Part shown: piece after piece, positions 51,001 through 57,506 of the stretch | How positions within the stretch are numbered: position 1 is the stretch's first letter | Layout: each line of letters opens with the position of its first letter | NCBI GenBank assembly: GCA_963575745.1 | Contig: CAUYUJ010000020.1 | Location: 62,001 to 119,506, forward strand | Direction of reading: 5' to 3' | Origin: Prorocentrum cordatum | Taxonomy: Eukaryota | Length of the DNA: 57,506 nucleotides | Program-made: the position numbers and the translations under genes | The notes under the pieces: model-generated | Seen by the model: only the letters and a program-made list of their open reading frames with translations | Told to the model about the DNA's origin: nothing | Databases searched by the model: none

Positions 51001-54000
51001 AGATGACTCGAACAGTACGAATAGTTTGGTAAACCTAGCTCGAGTATCAGACCGAGTTCAGAGCTCTGGATTCGACAGGCGGACGCGCCTGATGTCTCCG
51101 AATCGATTCCTGTGATTACCTGCACCCCCCTACAGCACGAGTTAAGTGCAGAAAACCGACAGCTCTCAGGATGACTCGAACAATACGAATAGTTTCGCGG
51201 ATCCAGCTCGGGCAGCAGACCCAGTTTCGAGCTCTCGATTAGACAGGGGGACGCGCCTGATGTCTCCAAATCGATTATTGTGACTACCAGGTAGCCCCTC
51301 TACAGCCCCAGTTAAGTACAGAAAACCGACAGCACCTCTCAAGATGACTCGAACAATACGAATAGTTCGCGATTCTAGATCGGGCAGCAGACCGAGTTCA
51401 GACCTCTCCATTCAAAAAAAGGACGCGACTGATGATTCCGAATCGGTTTATGTAAGTATCAGCTCTGTAGCTGTCGTACAGCTCGAGTTAAGTACAGAAA
51501 ACCGAGAGCGCTTGTCAAGATGACTCGAATAATACGAATAGCTTTGCGGACCTAGCTCAGCTAGCAGACCGAGTTCAGACCTCTGGATGCAACAGGCAAA
51601 CGCGCCTGATCATACTGAATCGATAAGGTGTGCTTACCAGCTTTGTAGCTGTCCTGTATCTCGAGTTAAGTCAATTTACCGAGAGCGTGTATCAAGATGA
51701 CTCGAAACGGCCGATCCCGCCCGTGTGCTTTTTGGCAGTGAAAGGTACCCGATCGAGCTGAGATCAAGATGGCGAGCGTGAATGAGATCGAATATCATGG
51801 GAAAAAATACTAGAGCTCTAACGAATGGTTGAATTTCGAGGACAAAATTTTCAACCGACCAAAAGTCACCAAAAGTTCCGTCGAGATTTTTCTTGCCAAC
51901 TGGGAACCGGCGGTAAACCGTCAACCAGGTTGCCGCCGGATCCCTCGTAGAGCTCATTTCTCGCAAGACGCTCCTGGGTACGCATGCAGGAAGAGTCTGG
52001 AGCAACACTCCAAAAACTCGAAAAATCACGTTTTTATGTTTTTACGCAAAGACGGTTCCGCCAAGTGTTTTCATAGTAATATGCACCTACGGACCTCAGA
52101 ATTGAAGGTGCGAAAAATACCGGTTCTCAAAACAAATGTTCAAATCTCTCACAAAGTTCGTTCAACCGACCCAAAGTTCGCACATTGTCAGTCGGGGCTT
52201 TACCACCAGGCACCTCGTAGAGCTCTTTCCTTGCACAGCGCTCCTCGGGACACATGAAGGAAGCTTCTGAATCGAGAGCCGAAAAACTCGAAAAATCACG
52301 ATGTTTCGGTTTTCATCCAAAGTCGGTTGCTCCAAGTGTTTTGATAGTAATACTGCAGCTACGGACCTGAGAATTTGACTGGCAGACGCGGCATAACCAA
52401 CTACAGGTGCGAAAAGTTTGCTTTCTCAAAATGAATTATCAAATATCTTTCAAATCTTAGCAAAACCCACCCAAAATTGTCACATTGTCTCTTTTGGTCA
52501 GGTCGGCCAACTGGGCGCCGGCGGTAATGGCAAAGTTGCAGAGTACGAATTCTGCGCTCACAACGGGCCCAAACCAAGCGTCTAGATGCTTCGCGCCTCA
52601 TGATGTCCTTCTAATTTTTCGGCCGCTCGAGAACAATGAAGAAATTCACGATCATTTGGAAAAAAAAATATCGCTCGAATACGAATGGTGTTGAGAACCG
52701 ACCTCGGATAGCAGACCGCAAACGCTCCTGCTTCTGGACCGGTTTCTGTACGTGCCAGCTCTGTAGCCCCCTGCAGCCCAAGTTCAATGCATAGAATGGA
52801 CAACATCTGTCGAAATGACTCGAAGAATACAAATAGCTTTGCGGCCCTAGCCCGATTAGCAGACCCAGTTCAGACCTCTGGGTAGAAGAGACGAACAGGC
52901 CTGATGATTCCAAATGAGTTTCTGTGCACATCAGCTTTCCAGCTCTCCTACAGCCTGGGTTACGTGCGAAAACCGACAGCGGCTCTCAAGATAACTCAAA
53001 CGATACAAATAGTTTCGCCCTAGCCCGAGTAGCAGACCGAGTTCAGACCTCTGGATGCAACGAACGAACGCGCCTGATTACTGGGCGCCGGCGGTAAACC
53101 GTCAACCTTTGCCGGGGGACTCGTAGAGCTTCCTGACTCGTAGGGATGTGAAAAAGAATCCAAAGAACGACAGTTTTTCAGCCCTAGCGATTTCAAGCCT
53201 CTCAAGATGACTCTAAAAACGAACAACTCCAATAATACAATAGTTTCGCGGACCTAGTTCGAGCAGCAGACCGAGTTCCGAGCTCTGGATTCGACAGACA
53301 GACGCGTCTGACGTCTCAGAATCGATTTTCGTGACGAGCGGTACTGTAGCCCTCCCCAGCACGAGCTAAGTGCGGAATACCGAGAGCACTTCTCAGAATA
53401 ACTCGAACAGTACGAATAGTTCTGCGAACCTAGCTTGGGCAGCAGGCCGAGTCCAGAGCTCTCGATTCGACGTACGAACGCGCCTGATGATTCCCAATCC
53501 ATTTCTGTGACTATCAACTCTGTAGCTGCTCTGTAGCTCGAGTTATGTACAGAGAACCGAGGGTGTATATCAAGATAACCTACATAATACCAATAGGTTT
53601 GCAGACCCAGCTCGGCTAGCAGACCGGGTTCAGACCTCTGGATTCAACAGGCGAACGCGATTCATGATTCTGAAAGCGATAGCTCTGCTTACCAGCTCTG
53701 GTCCTGCTCTACAGCTCAAGTTAAGTACAAAATACCTAACGCGCATCAAGATGACTCGAAACGGCCGATTCCGCCAGAGTACTTTTTAGCCTTCGAAGTT
53801 ACTCGAGCGAGCTGAGATCAAGATGGCGAGCGGAATCGAATATCACGGGACAAAATACTAGAGCTCAAACGAATTGTTGAATTTCGAGAACGGAATTTGC
53901 AACCGACCAAAAGTCAGCAAAAGTTCCGTCGAGATTTTCTTGCCAACTAGCTCTCCAGCGCGCCGAAATTACTTTAAGCTTCCAGCCATAACTTGCTAAG

Positions 54001-54799
54001 AAAAGCTCTACGAGTTATTTTGCATCGGTTTCTCTGCGTACGAGCTCTGTAGCTTCCCTGGAGCTGGAGTTAAGTACAGAACACTGACAGTTGCAAATAG
54101 TTTTGCGGATCCAGCTCAAGTAGCAGACCGAGTTCAGACCTCTGCATGCGACAGATGGACGCGCCGGATGCCTCAGAATCGATTACTGTAACCGTCAACC
54201 AAGTTACCGCCGGGCACCTCGTAGAGCTCTCTTCTTACACAGCCTTCCTCCGAGCACGTGAAGAAAGCTTCTGAAGCGAGAGCCGAAAAATTCGAGAAAT
54301 CACGATGTTTTCATACAGTGGGTTCCATGGTAATACTGGACCTAGAGCCATGGAAAATTTACCAGCACGTGCGCCATAGCTGCTTCCAAAAACGAACTGG
54401 GCGCCGGCGGAGACCGAGTTCCTTCAAAGTTACCCGATCGAGCTGAGATCAAGATGGCGAGCGGGAATAAGATCGAATATCATGGTAAAAAAATACTAGA
54501 GCTCTAACGAATGTTCAAATTTCGAGAACAAAATTTTCAACCGACCAAAAGTCAGCAAAAGGTCCGTCGAGATTTTTCTTGCCAACTCTCCAGCTCCCCG
54601 GAATTACTCTTAAGCTTCCAGCAATAACTTGCTAAGGGAAGCTCTACGAGTTACTTCAAAATGTTGCACAAAGTGAAAAACACCGACCCCAAGTTACCAC
54701 ATTCTCTCTTTTCGTCAGGCCGGACAACTAGCTCCACCCTGCGCCCGAATTGCTCTTAGCTTGCCGAAGAGCTCTACAAGGTACTTGTAAGCGTCCAAA

Positions 54800-55860
54800 A
54801 CCCGGATAGCGAAGCCAAGCGCGGAACGCCGCACGGGGACCTCTGCCAGGCCTTCTGAAACGATGCGCGGGACGCTGGACACCTCGCAGGAGACGCTTGC
54901 AGGGGCGCCGTTTACGATGCGTGGGGCCCTGCAAAGCGCGCAAGGAAGATCTGCCTAGGAGCCTGGAAGAACTGCCGAAGCTCTTCCGAAGCTCTGCCGA
55001 AGCGCTTCGCGCACCCTGGAGCCACGCGTATTGGAAAACGCTACGAAGCCACGCTCCCGGACACGCTGCGAACTCCGGCAAGCCGCTGCGACGAGCGTGG
55101 ACCGCCGTGGAGGGGCTCCTGGCGGGCACCACCACCGTCCGGCTTCTAATCTTAAACCCTTAGCTCTCCAAGGAGCTATCCGGGAATTACCAGCCCTCTA
55201 GCCCCTCTACAGCTCGAGTTCAGGCTTCTTATCTGAAACCCTCAGCTCGCCCAGAAGCTATTCGGGAAACACCCGGATAGCGAGGCAAGGCGCGGAGCGC
55301 AGAGCGCTCCAAAGCGCCGCGCGGCGTTCTCTGCCAGGCCACCTGCAACGATGCGTGGGGCGCTGGAAACCTCGCTGGAGACGCCTGCGAGGACGTCCTC
55401 GAGGACGCGCGGGGCTCTGTGAAACCTACCACGACGCCTCTGCCCAGGAGCCTGCGAGCACTGGCGAAACTCTGCCGAAGCTCTGCCGAAGCGCTTTGCG
55501 CACCCTTGAGCCACGCGTATTGGGAAACGCTAGGAAGCCACGCTCCCGGACACGCTGCGAACTCCGGCCAGTTGCTCCGGGGGTCGTGGACCGGCAGAAG
55601 TGGGCGTGCCCTCTTCACCACCCACCTCCAGCTTCTTCTCTGAAACCCTTAGCTCTCCAAGGAGCTATCCAGGAAAATGCTTTCACGCGTGCCTACACGC
55701 GCGCGGGCACGCGTGGAAGCTTGTCGGAAGCTCTCCCGGACCAGTTGCCGGCTCAGGCGAGCTGCTGCGAGAATTCTGGACCGGCGGAGATCGGCTGCTG
55801 GCGGGCACCCCCACTGTCCGGCTTCTAATCTTAAACCCTCTAGCTCTCAGCGAGCCCTCC
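54800..55860. repeat. Diverged ~470-bp GC-rich direct duplication plus a partial third copy within satellite B
   Basis: CCGGATAGCGA...CTCTGCCGAAGCGCTT...GAAGCCACGCTCCCGGACACGCTGCGAACTCCGGC at about 54802-55180 and 55273-55670. GTCCGGCTTCTAATCTTAAACCCT at 55137 and 55816. Confidence 0.8.
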
Positions 55861-57506
55861 GAGAACCAAAGGGTTCGTCGAGATTTTTCATGCCAACTAG
55901 CTCTCCAGCGCCCCGGAATTACTGGGCGCCGGCGGTAAACCGTCAACCTTTGTTACCGCCGGGGGACTCGTAGAGCTTCCTGACAACATATACTGTCGGA
56001 AAAAATTGCAGAGAACGAATAGTTTTTCAGCCCAACTCGAGTATCAGACCGAGTTCAGACCTCTAAATGCGACAGATGGACGCGTCTGATGTCTCCGAAT
56101 CGATGCCTCTAAATACCCGCCCTGCAGCCTCCCTACAGCCCGAATTGAGTGCAGAACGCCGACAGTAGCTCTCAAGATGACTGGAAGAACGAACAGTTTC
56201 GTGATTCTGGATCGCGCAACAGACCGAGTTCAGAGCTCTGGATTCAACAGGCGAACGCGCCTGATGATTCTGAGTGGGGTAGCTGTGCTTACCAGCACTG
56301 TAGCTGCCCTACAGCTCGAGTTAAGTATAAAATACCGACAACGCGTATCAAGTTCACTCGAATAACACGAATAGGTTTGCGGACCTAGCTCAGCTAGCAG
56401 ACCGAGTTCAGACCTATGGATTCGACAGGCGAATGCGTCTGATCATTCTGAATGCGATAGCAGTGCTTACCAGCACTGTAGCTGCCCTACAGCTCGAGTA
56501 AAGTAGAAAATACCGACAACGCGTATCGAGTTGACTCGAATAATACAAACAGGTTTGCGAACCTAGCTCGGCTGACAGACCGAGTTCAGACCTCTGGGTT
56601 CAACAGGCGAACGCGCCTGATCATTCTGCATGCGTACCTGTGCTTACCAGCTCTGTAGCTGCCCTAGAGCTCGAGTTATCTTCAGAAAACCGTCAGCGCA
56701 TATTAAGATGGCTCGAAACGGCCGATCCCGCCAGAGTGCTTTTTGGCCTTCAAAGTTACCCGATCGAGCTGAGATCAAGATGGCGAGCGGGAATAAGACC
56801 GAATATCACGGGAAAAAATACTAGAGCTCTAACGAATTGTCAAACTGGCGCCGGCGGTGAACCGTCAACCTGGTCACCGCCGGGAACCTCGTAGAGCTCC
56901 TTGAATCCGTGAGAAAGCTCAGCATCGAAGCGGGAGCTTCTGGGAGCTTTTCTACAAATACTTCAAGTTGAGATTTTTTCGGAGTCAACATAAAGTCGGT
57001 TCCTTCAAGTGAACTGGTACTGAAAATAACTCTAGATGGCCGAGCTGATCAGGGAACGAAGTTTATATCTCAATCCTCGGAGTAAAAATCTGCTTTTTCA
57101 AAATGAATTGTCAAATATCTTTCAAAAAATTGCAAAACCACCCAAAAGTTGTCACATTGTCCGCCTCGGCCGGCGGGACCAAAGTTCTCACTCCCAGCGA
57201 AGCTATTCATATGAAGTCTCGCGCTCTCAGTGAGAGCGCGAGACCATTCTGCGTCGACAAAAATGCACCAGAACTCTCTAGGTCACCCATAGATCGATAT
57301 AAATTAGAAAAAATCATCCGACACAACAAATGTAAAATTGTACAAATCGATATTTTTCATTAATTTTGAAAATTCTAATCAATTTGGGCACTCTCGAGGC
57401 TCATTCGATGTCTCGCATGTCGCTGTTTCGATTGGAATGCACCTCGCATGCATAGCATGCACTCAGCTCGAATTATCATCGAAACACCGTTCGCAACACG
57501 CATACA

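Larger units (their letters stand above)
42960..57170. repeat. Satellite B: ~177-bp monomers in runs of 3-6 plus recurring linker modules (higher-order repeat)
   Basis: ACCGAGTTCAGA anchors at 46101, 46277 and 46454. Linker CCCGATCGAGCTGAGATCAAGA...CAACCGACCAAAAGTC at about 43943, 45660, 46630, 49287, 50630, 51748, 53805, 54433 and 56760. Confidence 0.95.

Overview
Eukaryotic, repeat-dominated nuclear DNA, most likely from a dinoflagellate. That assignment is an inference from GC/GA splice donors, AG|G acceptors, a spliced-leader-like CTCAAG acceptor and a bipartite plastid leader. Most ORFs in the supplied track are artefacts of satellites and trinucleotide microsatellites. Supportable content: (1) three satellite arrays with ~149-bp monomers (1-10230), 90-bp monomers (40560-42445) and ~177-bp monomers (42960-57170); (2) a ~5.2-kb decayed minus-strand non-LTR retrotransposon (11784-16958) with an APE endonuclease-RT-C2H2 zinc-finger pol, no upstream ORF1, and a second ~264-codon ORF DOWNSTREAM of pol, which is the most unusual system here; (3) a 5'-truncated RNase H-bearing LINE (27420-30190); (4) a hidden 3-exon minus-strand gene (25875-19158) for a ~98-aa putative plastid-targeted single-TM protein that the ORF track misses; (5) several sequence-unrelated ~200-bp MITEs that share TC...GA termini and 5-bp target duplications; (6) Helentron/HINE-like elements with asymmetric inverted repeats and a 3' hairpin; (7) a covarying hairpin with a conserved loop that punctuates the 177-bp satellite. 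All alignments were done by eye and no database searches were run.
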